61,914 nt of DNA from Clostridia bacterium (GTDB lineage: Bacteria > Bacillota > Clostridia > Oscillospirales > CAG-272): contig JAFWPR010000145.1 of the NCBI GenBank assembly GCA_017545225.1, forward strand, positions 1-61,914, written 5' to 3'. Each line of letters starts with the position of its first letter. The first letter of the stretch is position 1. Below are positions 1-9,345 of the stretch, piece by piece. The notes under the pieces were generated by a model that was not told the origin of the DNA, did no database searches, and was given only the letters and a program-made list of their open reading frames with translations. Made by a program: the position numbers and the translations under genes.

Positions 1-467
1 GGTCGGTCGCGGTGCGGGTGCTGTCCGGTAACGTTCAGGACGCCGAGGACTCGGTCCACGACGCGATGATAAAAATAATCAGAAACGTCGACCTGATCGA
101 CACATCCGACCGAAAAAAGCTGCGGAACCTCTGCTGTATCATCGCGCGGAACTGCGCGCTTGACCGGCTGAGAAGCAGGGATCGAAAAAACGCCCTGACA
201 GCAGAGATCCCCGACGACGCCGAGGATGAGAACGCGCTTCCCGATGAGGCCGCCGCAAGCGACGAGGCGTTTGAGGCGATCCTGTCCGCGATCGGATCCC
301 TGCCCGAGAAATACCGATACCCGTGTATCCTCAAATACGTTTACGAATATAAAAACAAGGACGTCGCCGCCCTGCTGGGGATCCCGGAGATGACGGCGGG
401 CACGAGGATCAGAAGAGGAAAACTGCTTTTGCAGGATATTCTGAGAAAGGAGGGATATCATGAATAA
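1..467 (+). CDS. sigma-70 family (ECF-like) RNA polymerase sigma factor, 5' end cut by window edge
   Basis: The frame is open from the window edge (listed ORF 12..467). It has a region-2-like 'DAEDSVHDAMIKII' and a region-4 HTH-like 'YKNKDVAALLGIPEMTAGTRIRRGKLLL'. The stop at 465-467 overlaps the next ATG at 460. Confidence 0.75.
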   Translation, partial: SVAVRVLSGNVQDAEDSVHDAMIKIIRNVDLIDTSDRKKLRNLCCIIARNCALDRLRSRDRKNALTAEIPDDAEDENALPDEAAASDEAFEAILSAIGSLPEKYRYPCILKYVYEYKNKDVAALLGIPEMTAGTRIRRGKLLLQDILRKEGYHE

Positions 468-1197
468 CAAAAGGAAAGAAAAAGAACATGACGATATCCT
501 TCTGAAACGGGCGTTTGAAGAGTATTGTGACCGAATGGATGACAGCCTTCCGACAGAGGAGGGGGCGCTCGAGGAGTTCCCGCCGAATGAGGAAGAGCGT
601 CTTTACTACCTCGATAAAGTCAAAAAAAGAGAGCGCACGTCCTCCGCTGCGAAGATTCTGAAACGCGTCGCTGCGATAGTTCTCGCCGCGATCTCCGTCA
701 CGTTCGGCGCGCTTATGATGGACGAAAACGTCAGAGCGGTGGTGACCAGATCGGTGATCAGCCTGGTTGACCACAACGTAAGCGTCAAATTCACGGATTC
801 GAGAAATCCGGGAGATCATAAAAAGACGTCTGACGTCACGTTCGGGTATATCCCGGAAGACCTCGCATTTAAAGAACTGCACGACGACGATCATCCGAAT
901 TACAGGATCATTCGAATCGGCGAGATGAACGATATCTTCGACAAATTTGTCGGGATCAACGTTTTCCCGTCCGACGAGGTTGATCCGGGATTCTCCGAAC
1001 CGACGTGGGAAATCGTTTATCAGTCGACGGTCAACGGAATGGACGCTTACATGATCGACGTCGAATCCGAGATCGACGGAAAACCATTCTCCTCTCACGA
1101 TATCACATTCGGTGACGAGGACGTCTCGATCATGATCTTCGGGATGAATATAAGCCACGAAGAACTCGTCAAAATAGCGGAGAATATAAACTGGTAA
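460..1197 (+). CDS. putative anti-sigma factor / DUF4367-like single-pass membrane protein
   Basis: It is translationally coupled to the sigma gene, with AAGGAGG upstream. It has one TM helix ('VAAIVLAAISVTFGALMM'). The C-terminus 'ISHEELVKIAENINW' resembles the DUF4367 end motif as I remember it. Confidence 0.55.
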   Translation: MNNKRKEKEHDDILLKRAFEEYCDRMDDSLPTEEGALEEFPPNEEERLYYLDKVKKRERTSSAAKILKRVAAIVLAAISVTFGALMMDENVRAVVTRSVISLVDHNVSVKFTDSRNPGDHKKTSDVTFGYIPEDLAFKELHDDDHPNYRIIRIGEMNDIFDKFVGINVFPSDEVDPGFSEPTWEIVYQSTVNGMDAYMIDVESEIDGKPFSSHDITFGDEDVSIMIFGMNISHEELVKIAENINW

Positions 1198-1368
1198 GGT
1201 ATTGATCACCGGAATTCGGGTTTTCAAGCAGAAAAACAGCCGTTGTTGATAAAGCGATGAAAAATACAGCCGAACTGAAAAGCAGCGTGCTATATCTTCC
1301 CTGTGAAAAAAAGTGATTCATAAATAAACCGGAGTAAGACCGGTTACTCGGTGAGTAAGTGCGCGATT

Positions 1369-1407
1369 ATAAAAAAAGGACAGGCCTGAAACTTCAGCCT
1401 GTCCTTT
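1369..1407 (-). terminator. rho-independent terminator downstream of the ATPase gene, between convergent genes
   Basis: The hairpin is aaaggacaggc/gcctgtccttt with an 11-nt loop. It is followed on the minus strand by a T7 run. Confidence 0.5.
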
Positions 1408-1468
1408 GTCCTTATTATGATGCTTTGAATTGCCGCGCCGAATGCACCGTCCCTGAATCGGTTTGGAA

Positions 1469-2770
1469 TCAGACGTTTAAGGAATTATCATCAAGAAGAA
1501 ACTGTTCCAAACCGATATAAAGAATCCCGTTATCGTCGCGCCAAGGGTTCATATAGTCTTTAACGACTACTATTTTTTTGAATGAATCCGGTATTTTGAT
1601 TAAAGATTCTGTTTCCTGTTTTCTTTTTTCCGGGTCGGCAACCGTCAGGGCGGATTGTACGTAGTACCTCACGCTGCCCTGATTCAACACAAAATCAACT
1701 TCCAATTGACGGCGTTCCATTTTCCCGCTTTTATCCCGGAAGTTGCATTCCACAAGGCCGACGTCTACGTTGAATCCGCGCCTTTTCAAATCGTTGAAGA
1801 TCACGTTTTCCATGATATGAGTTTCTTCCTGCTGACGGAAGCCCAGACGCGCGTTACGAAGTCCTACGTCAGTGAAATAGTATTTCAGCGGCGTCTTCAT
1901 ATATTTCTTCCCTTTTACGTCATACCGAAGAGCCTCGCGGATCAGAAAAGCGTCGGCGAAATAACCGAGATAAGTCCCGATCGTGTCGGGCGAAATGGCG
2001 ATCCTCCTTTCACTGCCGAAAGTATTTGACAGTTTTGTAGGGTTTGTCAGGGAACCGACGGAAGAGGATACGATATTCAGAAGATCGTCCAGCACAGAGG
2101 AATCGTTCAGTATTTTGTGCCTTTCGATAACGTCTTTGATATAGGTGTTCCTGAAAAGATCAAGAAGGTATTTGCTCTTCTCGGCGTGGGTTTTGAGAAC
2201 CGTTACAAACGGCATCCCTCCGTAGGTGTAATAGTCACCCCACGCGTTTCTTTTCTCGCCTTCATACGCCGCGTAAAACTCGGAAAACGAAAGCGGATCG
2301 ACACGGATCTCATCGCCGCGATCCCTGAACTGCGTGAGAATATCCGAGGAAAGCATTTTGGAATTGCTTCCGGTGACGTAAACATCGACATTACCGATAC
2401 GCTGCAGACCGATGATCACGTCTGTAAACGTCAGCTTTGCTTCGGGATCGTCCACGTACGGATTCTGTATTTCGGATACAAACTGTATTTCATCTATCAG
2501 AACGTAGTATCTCTTTGACTTATCGGTAATTCTGTCCCGGACGAACTTGTCAAGCTCGAACGGATTCCTGTATTTCGCATTCCGCAGTTCATCAAGAGCA
2601 ATAGAAATAATTCGGTCATCTTCAATACCGCTTTCCCGAAGATACCTGTCAAAAAGATTGAAAACCAGATAGGATTTCCCGCATCTTCGTATTCCGGTGA
2701 CGATCTTCACACGGCCGTTATCTTTTTTTTCGATCAATTGCTTCAAATAATAGTCTCTTGCAATTTCCAT
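1469..2770 (-). CDS. AAA+ ATPase, AAA_14/DUF4143-type
   Basis: It has a Walker A 'GIRRCGKSY' and a Walker B-like 'YVLIDEIQ', with a long C-terminal region typical of DUF4143 proteins. I placed the start at the ATG at 2770 (MEIARDYY), preceded by GAGGGA. The listed ORF start at 2845 lacks an RBS. Confidence 0.8.
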   Translation of the reverse strand: MEIARDYYLKQLIEKKDNGRVKIVTGIRRCGKSYLVFNLFDRYLRESGIEDDRIISIALDELRNAKYRNPFELDKFVRDRITDKSKRYYVLIDEIQFVSEIQNPYVDDPEAKLTFTDVIIGLQRIGNVDVYVTGSNSKMLSSDILTQFRDRGDEIRVDPLSFSEFYAAYEGEKRNAWGDYYTYGGMPFVTVLKTHAEKSKYLLDLFRNTYIKDVIERHKILNDSSVLDDLLNIVSSSVGSLTNPTKLSNTFGSERRIAISPDTIGTYLGYFADAFLIREALRYDVKGKKYMKTPLKYYFTDVGLRNARLGFRQQEETHIMENVIFNDLKRRGFNVDVGLVECNFRDKSGKMERRQLEVDFVLNQGSVRYYVQSALTVADPEKRKQETESLIKIPDSFKKIVVVKDYMNPWRDDNGILYIGLEQFLLDDNSLNV

Positions 2771-2982
2771 TTTATCATCCCTCAATGATTTTGTGCGTCG
2801 TGACGCACTTTTTCCACGAGATAATAATATCACACTCGGGATCAAAAATCAACGTCAGACAATAAAAAACCGCGTCTTGACGCAATATTTCCACGAATAT
2901 TATGCCAGACACGGCAGACGGTATTCAAGAATCGCAAATCATGTATGAACAGTGCATCGCGCAATCTGATCCGATCAGAAAT

Positions 2983-3105
2983 CTAAAGGCTCCTGACGTA
3001 TATCCGGATCGGTTTTCCGCTCTTGTTGAAGCAGCGGAAGACGACCTCGAAGCCGAGTTTTTCGTGAAGCGCGATACTCGCCGCGTTGTCCTCGCGGACG
3101 CTTTG
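2983..3105 (-). pseudogene. C-terminal remnant of a GNAT/PAT-type N-acetyltransferase
   Basis: My hand translation of the minus strand gives 'QSVREDNAASIALHEKLGFEVVFRCFNKSGKPIRIYVRSL*'. This matches the GNAT motif A/B tail pattern (N..AS..LHEKLGF). An in-frame TGA lies directly upstream (3106-3108) and there is no start codon. Confidence 0.4.
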
Positions 3106-3214
3106 TCAACAAACTGATTGCATCATTTTCGTGAAATTTGATCGGAAAGCGCCTGAGGGGCCCCGAAAGCGGCGCGATCGGGGGACGCGGGAGTCTCCTT
3201 TTGATAAAATCCCC

Positions 3215-3243
3215 TTGAAATCGCGGGGGGATTGTAGTATAAT
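3215..3243 (+). promoter_or_regulatory. sigma-A-type promoter upstream of smpB
   Basis: TTGAAA (3215-3220), a 17-nt spacer, then TATAAT (3238-3243). Confidence 0.45.
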
Positions 3244-3267
3244 ACTTTTACTTTCGCTCGGAAGGGG

Positions 3268-3750
3268 GTGGGAACGACGGCTCAGAAAAAGACGGGCGGC
3301 AAGGTCATAGCCGTAAACAGAAAAGCGCGCCACGACTATTTCGTCGAGGAAACGTACGAGGCGGGCGTCGCCCTCTTCGGCACCGAGGTAAAGAGCGTCC
3401 GCGCGGGCGCGGTCAATCTCAAGGACTCGTACTGTCAGATCAAAAAGGGAGAACTCTTCGCGGTCGGGGTGCATATCAGCCCCTACGAAAAGGGCAATAT
3501 CTTCAATAAAGACCCTCTGCGCGACAAGAAGCTCCTTATGCACAAGCGTGAGATCCTGAAGCTCGGTCAGTACGTAACGAGAGACAGTTATACCCTGATC
3601 CCGCTGTCTCTGTACTTTTCCGGTTCGAACGTCAAAATGGAAGTCGGCCTCTGCAAAGGCAAAAAGCTTTACGACAAAAGAGAAGCAGACGCGAAGCGTT
3701 CCGCCGAAAGAGAGATCGAGCGCTCTTCCCGGGGAGGCGAAAGATACTGA
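3268..3750 (+). CDS. smpB: SsrA-binding protein SmpB
   Basis: The translation '[36 protein letters not shown]...[11 protein letters not shown]' is a textbook SmpB sequence. A GTG start is assumed. The tmRNA gene follows directly. Confidence 0.9.
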   Translation: MGTTAQKKTGGKVIAVNRKARHDYFVEETYEAGVALFGTEVKSVRAGAVNLKDSYCQIKKGELFAVGVHISPYEKGNIFNKDPLRDKKLLMHKREILKLGQYVTRDSYTLIPLSLYFSGSNVKMEVGLCKGKKLYDKREADAKRSAEREIERSSRGGERY

Positions 3751-3751
3751 C

Positions 3752-4122
3752 GGGGGCGTAATGGTTTCGACGGGGATTTTGAATCATGATAAGCGGGTAG
3801 AGCCGGGGAAACTCTTTAAAAGCCCTAACCTTAAATTAAACGCTAACAACAAATTAGCAGCCGCTGCGTAATCGCAGCTGCCCCCCGTGAGGCGCCGCAC
3901 CTCCCGGGCTCCGCTTAAGCGGGCGCGACTATTTCGCGCGGCATCATTTTTTGCGGCGGACGTGAACGGCCCTTTAGCCTTTGAGGCCGTCATGCACTAA
4001 AAGGCTGCCGAGCGCGAAGCCCGTTCACCGGCGTCGCGCAAGGGAGATCAAACGGTGAAATGCACCCGGAGAAAGTCATGAGAATAGGTTTTCGGACGCG
4101 AGTTCGATTCTCGCCGCCTCCA
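3752..4122 (+). ncRNA. ssrA: tmRNA (SsrA)
   Basis: The 5' GGGGGCG pairs with the 3' CGCCTCC, including the G:U pair. The T-arm is gcgagTTCGATTctcgc and the discriminator is A4122 (CCA is not encoded). The tag reading frame at 3842-3871, GCT AAC AAC AAA TTA GCA GCC GCT GCG TAA, encodes ANNKLAAAA*. It lies directly after smpB. Confidence 0.9.
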
Positions 4123-4123
4123 T

Positions 4124-4156
4124 AAAGAAAGAGCACGCACAGCGTGCTCTTTCTTT
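4124..4156 (+). terminator. rho-independent terminator after ssrA
   Basis: The stem is aaagaaagagcacg / cgtgctctttcttt with a 5-nt loop. The 3' arm is T-rich. Confidence 0.6.
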
Positions 4157-4740
4157 ATGGAGATGACAGAGACTTCACAGAGGACTCGCGCAAAAAATGA
4201 CCGCTCTGCGGTCATTTTTTCGGCGTGTTGCGCCACAGTGTGCAAGACACCCGCTCAACTGTGCGCAACACGGGGTTCGATTCGAGCCAAAATGCGCAGA
4301 GCGCATTTTGCGCTTGTTAGACAACGGAAAACTTTGCGGGATAATGCGCTGCGGTGTGCAAGAATATCGCTGAATTATGCGCAACCGGGAGTTCGATTTT
4401 TTATGATAACAGTTTCTTCATTGGAGTTTTCGTCGTGTTGCGCCGTTGAAAATACAGTATGCCCAAATAATGCACCGCAAAAAACGACTGCAACGCAGGC
4501 GTTTTTTAGGAGTTACGGCATCGCCGTAACTCGGGGTTCGATTCGAGCCGACTTCGCATCGAGCTCGCCAAAAACTGCGCACCGCGCAGTTTTTCGTCCG
4601 GTTGCGCTATTGAAAAAACAGTATTCCCAAATAATGCGCCGCAAAAAACGACTGCAAAGCAGGCGTTTTTTAGGAGTTACGGCATCGCCGTAACTCGGGG
4701 TTCGATTCGAGCGACTTCGCACTTAGCTCGTATGTAAGCA
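4157..4740. repeat. array of tri-loop hairpins and T-loop-like GGGGTTCGATTCGAGC repeats, including a 164-nt tandem duplication
   Basis: GGGGTTCGATTCGAGC occurs at about 4272, 4533 and 4697, with a degenerate copy at about 4386. The unit of about 4436-4599 is repeated at about 4600-4735. Hairpins include aaaaaatgaccgc-tct-gcggtcatttttt, aaaatgcgc-aga-gcgcatttt, ttacggc-atc-gccgtaa and aaaaactgcgc-acc-gcgcagttttt. Confidence 0.6.
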
Positions 4741-4774
4741 TCTGATGCGCTTTCCGAATGCCAGTTATCATAAT

Positions 4775-5395
4775 TCAACGCACAAAAAACCATTTGTCAC
4801 TTAAACGGTAAATTATACGATATCCTGATAATGTAAATCCGGGATAGTCCGTCATAATAGTTGCTTCAGGGTCACATTCCTCGCTTACATACATTACGTA
4901 ACGAGGGAAAAACCCGTAGTTGACACGAAAAACAAACACCTTTGATTGTCCTATTCTTCCGATTTTTACAGCCCCGGATGACGATATTGAATTACTGACC
5001 AAATATCTCCCGGGGTAGTACTCTTTAGGTTTTTCCGATCCTGATAAATAGCCATCAATGAACTCTTGTCTGTATTTGAGATTTGAATTATAGTTTTGCA
5101 TGCAAAAAGAGTTCATATTAGGTAAGATAAAGGAAAAAAACAAAGAACAGAATACAAATAAAAGGGCAATTATTTTTTTCAGTAAACGCTTGTCCAATAT
5201 CATAACCGCTATCGGTAATCCTACGGTATTGACTGTTAAGAACACCAGCAATAATCCAACAACCATTGAAAAACCGGTGGGAAGAATGGTTGTTTCTGCC
5301 ACGGTTATTTTACCCATACAAACCGAAAGCAATGCCAAACCAGTCGAAAACACAAATAACATGATATATAATACTGTTGTAATTGTTTTCTTCAT
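4775..5395 (-). CDS. hypothetical membrane protein (orphan, AT-rich)
   Basis: It has three predicted TM helices followed by a soluble C-terminal domain. The start ATG at 5395 (MKKTITT) lies 6 nt after GAGGTG. Its composition is strongly AT-rich compared with its neighbours. I recognise no family for it. Confidence 0.6.
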   Translation of the reverse strand: MKKTITTVLYIMLFVFSTGLALLSVCMGKITVAETTILPTGFSMVVGLLLVFLTVNTVGLPIAVMILDKRLLKKIIALLFVFCSLFFSFILPNMNSFCMQNYNSNLKYRQEFIDGYLSGSEKPKEYYPGRYLVSNSISSSGAVKIGRIGQSKVFVFRVNYGFFPRYVMYVSEECDPEATIMTDYPGFTLSGYRIIYRLSDKWFFVR

Positions 5396-5591
5396 CTTCA
5401 ACACCTCGCTAAAAAAACCAACGCCGCATATGATCCTTCGTCATTGTCAGCTGAAAAACAATTATTAAACTTATCGTTCCGGATCCGGTTTGAAATATTC
5501 CATACTCAGCTCCAAACCGGTGCAAATCTAAAGTCCACTTTATTTTATCACCGATTTGTGATCCTGTCAAAGACCTGTGATATTAAACAAC

Positions 5592-5624
5592 CCCGCACGC
5601 CGTACGGCGTGCGGGACCGTTTTT
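5592..5624. terminator. bidirectional hairpin downstream of purL
   Basis: The perfect palindrome cccgcacgcc-gtac-ggcgtgcggg is followed by TTTTT on the plus strand. It lies 13-45 nt beyond the purL stop. Confidence 0.5.
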
Positions 5625-5636
5625 CATTGATATCAA

Positions 5637-8600
5637 TTATCCTTTGAAATACCTGACCGCCGCTCTGAACATCCCCATATCGTAGTTCCCGGGGACGTTC
5701 TTGTAAAGCCACTTCCCTACGCGCTCGGCGTGACCCATCTTGCCGAAGACGCGGCCGTCGGGGGACGTGATCCCCTCGATCGCGAGGACGGAGCCGTTCG
5801 GGTTGAAGTCGATATCCGCCGTCGCGTCGCCGTCGGCGTCCGCGTACTGCGTCGCGATCTGACCGTTCTCCTTGAGCTTCCTCACCCATTCGTCCGAACA
5901 GAAGAATCTGCCCTCGCCGTGGGAGATCGGCACGCTGAACACGTCGCCGGGGTGCGTCTCCGCGAGCCACGGGGACATATTCGACGCCACGCGCACCCTG
6001 ACGATGCGCGACTGGTGGCGGCTGATCGTGTTGAACGTCAGCGTCGGGTCGTCGGCCTTCGCCTCGGTGATCCTGCCGTACGGCACGAGGCCGAGCTTGA
6101 CGAGCGCCTGGAAGCCGTTGCAGATGCCGCAGATCAGACCGTCGCGGCGGGTGAGGAGCGCGTCGACTTCCGCCCTGACCGCGTCGTTTCTGAAAAACGC
6201 CGTGATGAACTTGCCGGAGCCGTCCGGCTCGTCGCCGCCCGAGAATCCGCCGGGGATGAAGATCATCTGCGCCTCTCCGATCGCTCTTGCCATCCGCTCG
6301 ACGCTGCGGTCCACTCCGTCCGCGGTCACGTTCTCGATAACGACCGTTTGGGCGATCGCTCCCGCCTCTTCGACGGCGCGCGCGCTGTCGTATTCGCAGT
6401 TCGTGCCGGGGAAGACGGGGATGACGACCTTCGGCTTTTCAACGAGGATCGCGGGGGCTTTTACGGCATTTGCCGAAAACGATACGTTCTCCACTTTTCC
6501 GCCCGCGTTTCCGGGTACGTTCACGGGGTAAACGCCCTCGAGGCGCGCGTCGTAGAGCTTCTTTATCTCGCCGAGGCCGACCGCCTCGTCCCCGCGCGCG
6601 ATCTCCGCGCTTTCTGTGACTTCGCCGAGAACTTTGCCGACCCCGACGTCTTCCGTGACCTCGAGGATCAGCGAGCCGAACGCGGGGGCGAATATCTCAT
6701 CGAGCGGAACGTCCGCGAATCTGAAACCGAGTCCGTTGCCGAAGCACATTTTCGCGATCGCTTCTGCCGCGCCGCCCGCTCCGGGCGCGTAAGCCGCGAC
6801 CGCCTTGCCTTCGCGTACGAGACGCACCGCCGTATTCCACACTTCCCTCTGCGAGGCGGCCCCGGGCAGCCCGTCCGCGCCGAACTCCGGCGCGAGGACG
6901 ATAACGCGGTCGCCCGCTCTCTTGAGGTCTCCCGATATGATCACGTCCGCCTTGTCCGTCGTGACGGCGAACGAGACGAGCGTCGGGGGCACGCTTATAT
7001 CCTCGAACGTGCCGCTCATGGAGTCCTTGCCGCCGATAGAGCCGATACCGTATTCGCATTGCGCGCGGAACGCGCCGAGAAGAGCGGAGAGCGGTCTGCC
7101 CCATTTGTCGGGGTCGGCGCCGAGTTTTTCAAAATATTCCTGGAACGTGAGATACACGCCGTCGGGAGACGCGCCCGCCGCGACGAGCTTTGAGACGGAC
7201 GATACAACGGCGAGATACGCGCCGTGATACGGGCTCTTCTCCGAAAGATACGGATCGAAGCCCCACGCCATGACGGACACGTCGTCCGTCTCTCCCTTCA
7301 CGGTCGAGATCTTGTGGACCATCGCCTGAGACGGGGTCGCCTGATTCTTGCCGCCGAGCGGCATCAGGACGGTTCCCGCGCCTATCGTCGAGTCGAACCG
7401 CTCGATAAGGCCCCTGCGGGAGCAGGCGTTCAGATCGGATACGGTATTCTTCATCCCTTCCCCGAACGAGGAGGGGATCTCTTTTTCGTATTTTTCCGCC
7501 TCGGCGACGCGCGCCGTGACGTGCTTTTCGGCGCCGTTGGACGAGAGGAATTCGCGCGAGAGATCGACGATAACGTCTCCGCGCCATCTCATCGTGAGCC
7601 GTTTTTCCTCCGTGACGCAAGCGACGACGGTCGCCTCGAGGTTCTCTCTTTCGGCGATCGCGATGAACTTCTCCGCGTCCTCGGGCGAGGTGACGACCGC
7701 CATCCTCTCCTGCGATTCGCTGATCGCGAGTTCGGTCCCGTCGAGGCCCTCGTATTTCTTCGGAACGAGGTCGAGGTCGACGGACAGACCGTCCGCGAGT
7801 TCGCCTATGGCGACGGAAACGCCGCCCGCTCCGAAGTCGTTGCATCTTTTTATCATCCGGGCGGCTTCCGGGTCGCGGAACAGCCGCTGAAGTTTTCTCT
7901 CCTCGGGGGCGTTGCCCTTTTGTACCTCCGCGCCGCACGTCTCGATCGACGTCGCCTCGTGCGATTTGGACGAGCCGGTCGCGCCGCCGCATCCGTCGCG
8001 GCCCGTTCTGCCTCCGACGAGGATGACGGGATCGCCGGGAGCGGGAGTCTCGCGCCTGACCGACTCACGGGGAGTTGCCGCGATCACCGCGCCGATCTCC
8101 ATCCTTTTCGCCTCGTAACCGGGGTGATAGATCTCGTCGACGATACCCGTCGCGAGCCCGATCTGGTTGCCGTACGAGGAGTAGCCCGCCGCGGCGGTGG
8201 TACAGAGTTTCCTTTGCGGGAGCTTGCCGTGCCTCGTCGCCTCGACCGGAGCGGTGGGATCGCCCGCGCCCGTCACGCGCATCGCGGCGTATACGTACGA
8301 TCTGCCCGAGAGCGGGTCTCTGATCGCGCCTCCGATGCAGGTCGCCGCGCCGCCGAACGGTTCGATCTCCGTCGGGTGGTTGTGCGTCTCGTTTTTGAAG
8401 AGAAGCAGCCACGGCTCGGATTTGCCGTCGATCTCGACGTTTATCTTCACCGTGCAGGCGTTTATCTCGTCCGATTCGTCGAGAGCGTCGAGTTTGCCCT
8501 CCGCCTTCAGTTTTTTCACGGCGAGAGTGGCGATATTCATGAGGGTCACGGGTTTCGTGACGCCGAGTTGTTCTCTCGTCCTCAGGTATTCGCGGTACGT

Positions 8601-9332
8601 TTTTTCGATCGCGGGATCGTCAAATTTGACGCTGTCGATCGTCGTCAGAAACGTGGTGTGACGGCAGTGATCCGACCAGTAAGTGTCGATCACGCGCAGC
8701 TCGGTGAGCGTCGGCTCCCTTCCCTCGCTTCTGAAATAGCGCCTGCAGAATTCGACGTCGGCCGCGTCCATCGCGAGGCCGTATTTTTTGACGATATCTT
8801 CCGCCGGAACGGACGCGTCGCAGAAGCCGTCGAGCGTTTCGACCGGGTCGGGCTCGGCGTAATCCGTTCTGAGCGTGGCGGGCTTGGAAAGCGACGCCTC
8901 GCGCGAGTCGACCGGGTTTATCACGTGCTTTTTGACCGCGGCGATCTGCGCGTCCGTCAGGTCTCCGTAAAGAGCGTACACTTTCGCGCTGCGGACCGCG
9001 GGACGGTTGCCGCGCGTCATGAGCGCGATACACTGGGAGGCGGAGTCCGCCCGCTGATCGAACTGACCGGGGAGGTATTCTGCAGCGAAGACGTAAGCGT
9101 CCCCGAGATCGGGCGCCGTCTCGCGGTAAACGCGGTCGGTCTGCGGCTCGGAAAAGACCGTACCGACGGCGCCCTCGAAGTCCGCCTCCGACAACCCCTC
9201 CGCGTCGTATCGGTTGAGTATGCGCAGGGAGTCGAGTTCCCTGATACCGAGGATCTCCCTTATCTCGCCGAGGAGGATATCCGCCTCGGGGGAGAGCCCT
9301 TCCTTTTTTTCAACAAACAGGCGATAAACCAT
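5637..9332 (-). CDS. purL: phosphoribosylformylglycinamidine synthase, single-chain large form
   Basis: The 1231-aa product has FGAM synthase AIR-synthase-like domains and a C-terminal glutamine amidotransferase ('GICNGFQAL', 'HGEGRF'). AAGGAG lies 8 nt before the ATG. Confidence 0.95.
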   Translation of the reverse strand: MVYRLFVEKKEGLSPEADILLGEIREILGIRELDSLRILNRYDAEGLSEADFEGAVGTVFSEPQTDRVYRETAPDLGDAYVFAAEYLPGQFDQRADSASQCIALMTRGNRPAVRSAKVYALYGDLTDAQIAAVKKHVINPVDSREASLSKPATLRTDYAEPDPVETLDGFCDASVPAEDIVKKYGLAMDAADVEFCRRYFRSEGREPTLTELRVIDTYWSDHCRHTTFLTTIDSVKFDDPAIEKTYREYLRTREQLGVTKPVTLMNIATLAVKKLKAEGKLDALDESDEINACTVKINVEIDGKSEPWLLLFKNETHNHPTEIEPFGGAATCIGGAIRDPLSGRSYVYAAMRVTGAGDPTAPVEATRHGKLPQRKLCTTAAAGYSSYGNQIGLATGIVDEIYHPGYEAKRMEIGAVIAATPRESVRRETPAPGDPVILVGGRTGRDGCGGATGSSKSHEATSIETCGAEVQKGNAPEERKLQRLFRDPEAARMIKRCNDFGAGGVSVAIGELADGLSVDLDLVPKKYEGLDGTELAISESQERMAVVTSPEDAEKFIAIAERENLEATVVACVTEEKRLTMRWRGDVIVDLSREFLSSNGAEKHVTARVAEAEKYEKEIPSSFGEGMKNTVSDLNACSRRGLIERFDSTIGAGTVLMPLGGKNQATPSQAMVHKISTVKGETDDVSVMAWGFDPYLSEKSPYHGAYLAVVSSVSKLVAAGASPDGVYLTFQEYFEKLGADPDKWGRPLSALLGAFRAQCEYGIGSIGGKDSMSGTFEDISVPPTLVSFAVTTDKADVIISGDLKRAGDRVIVLAPEFGADGLPGAASQREVWNTAVRLVREGKAVAAYAPGAGGAAEAIAKMCFGNGLGFRFADVPLDEIFAPAFGSLILEVTEDVGVGKVLGEVTESAEIARGDEAVGLGEIKKLYDARLEGVYPVNVPGNAGGKVENVSFSANAVKAPAILVEKPKVVIPVFPGTNCEYDSARAVEEAGAIAQTVVIENVTADGVDRSVERMARAIGEAQMIFIPGGFSGGDEPDGSGKFITAFFRNDAVRAEVDALLTRRDGLICGICNGFQALVKLGLVPYGRITEAKADDPTLTFNTISRHQSRIVRVRVASNMSPWLAETHPGDVFSVPISHGEGRFFCSDEWVRKLKENGQIATQYADADGDATADIDFNPNGSVLAIEGITSPDGRVFGKMGHAERVGKWLYKNVPGNYDMGMFRAAVRYFKG

Positions 9333-9345
9333 TCCGCTCGCTCCT

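Noticed and set aside
2902-3117. A 71-aa plus-strand ORF.
   Set aside because: It is antisense to a sequence that translates into a clear GNAT C-terminal motif. It has no RBS and an acidic low-information translation.
4157-4693. A 178-aa ORF (and the antisense ORFs 4175-4384 and 4513-4722) across the region 3' of the tmRNA.
   Set aside because: It runs through tandem repeats and perfect hairpins, has no RBS, and its translation is repetitive. I interpret the region as non-coding repeat DNA.
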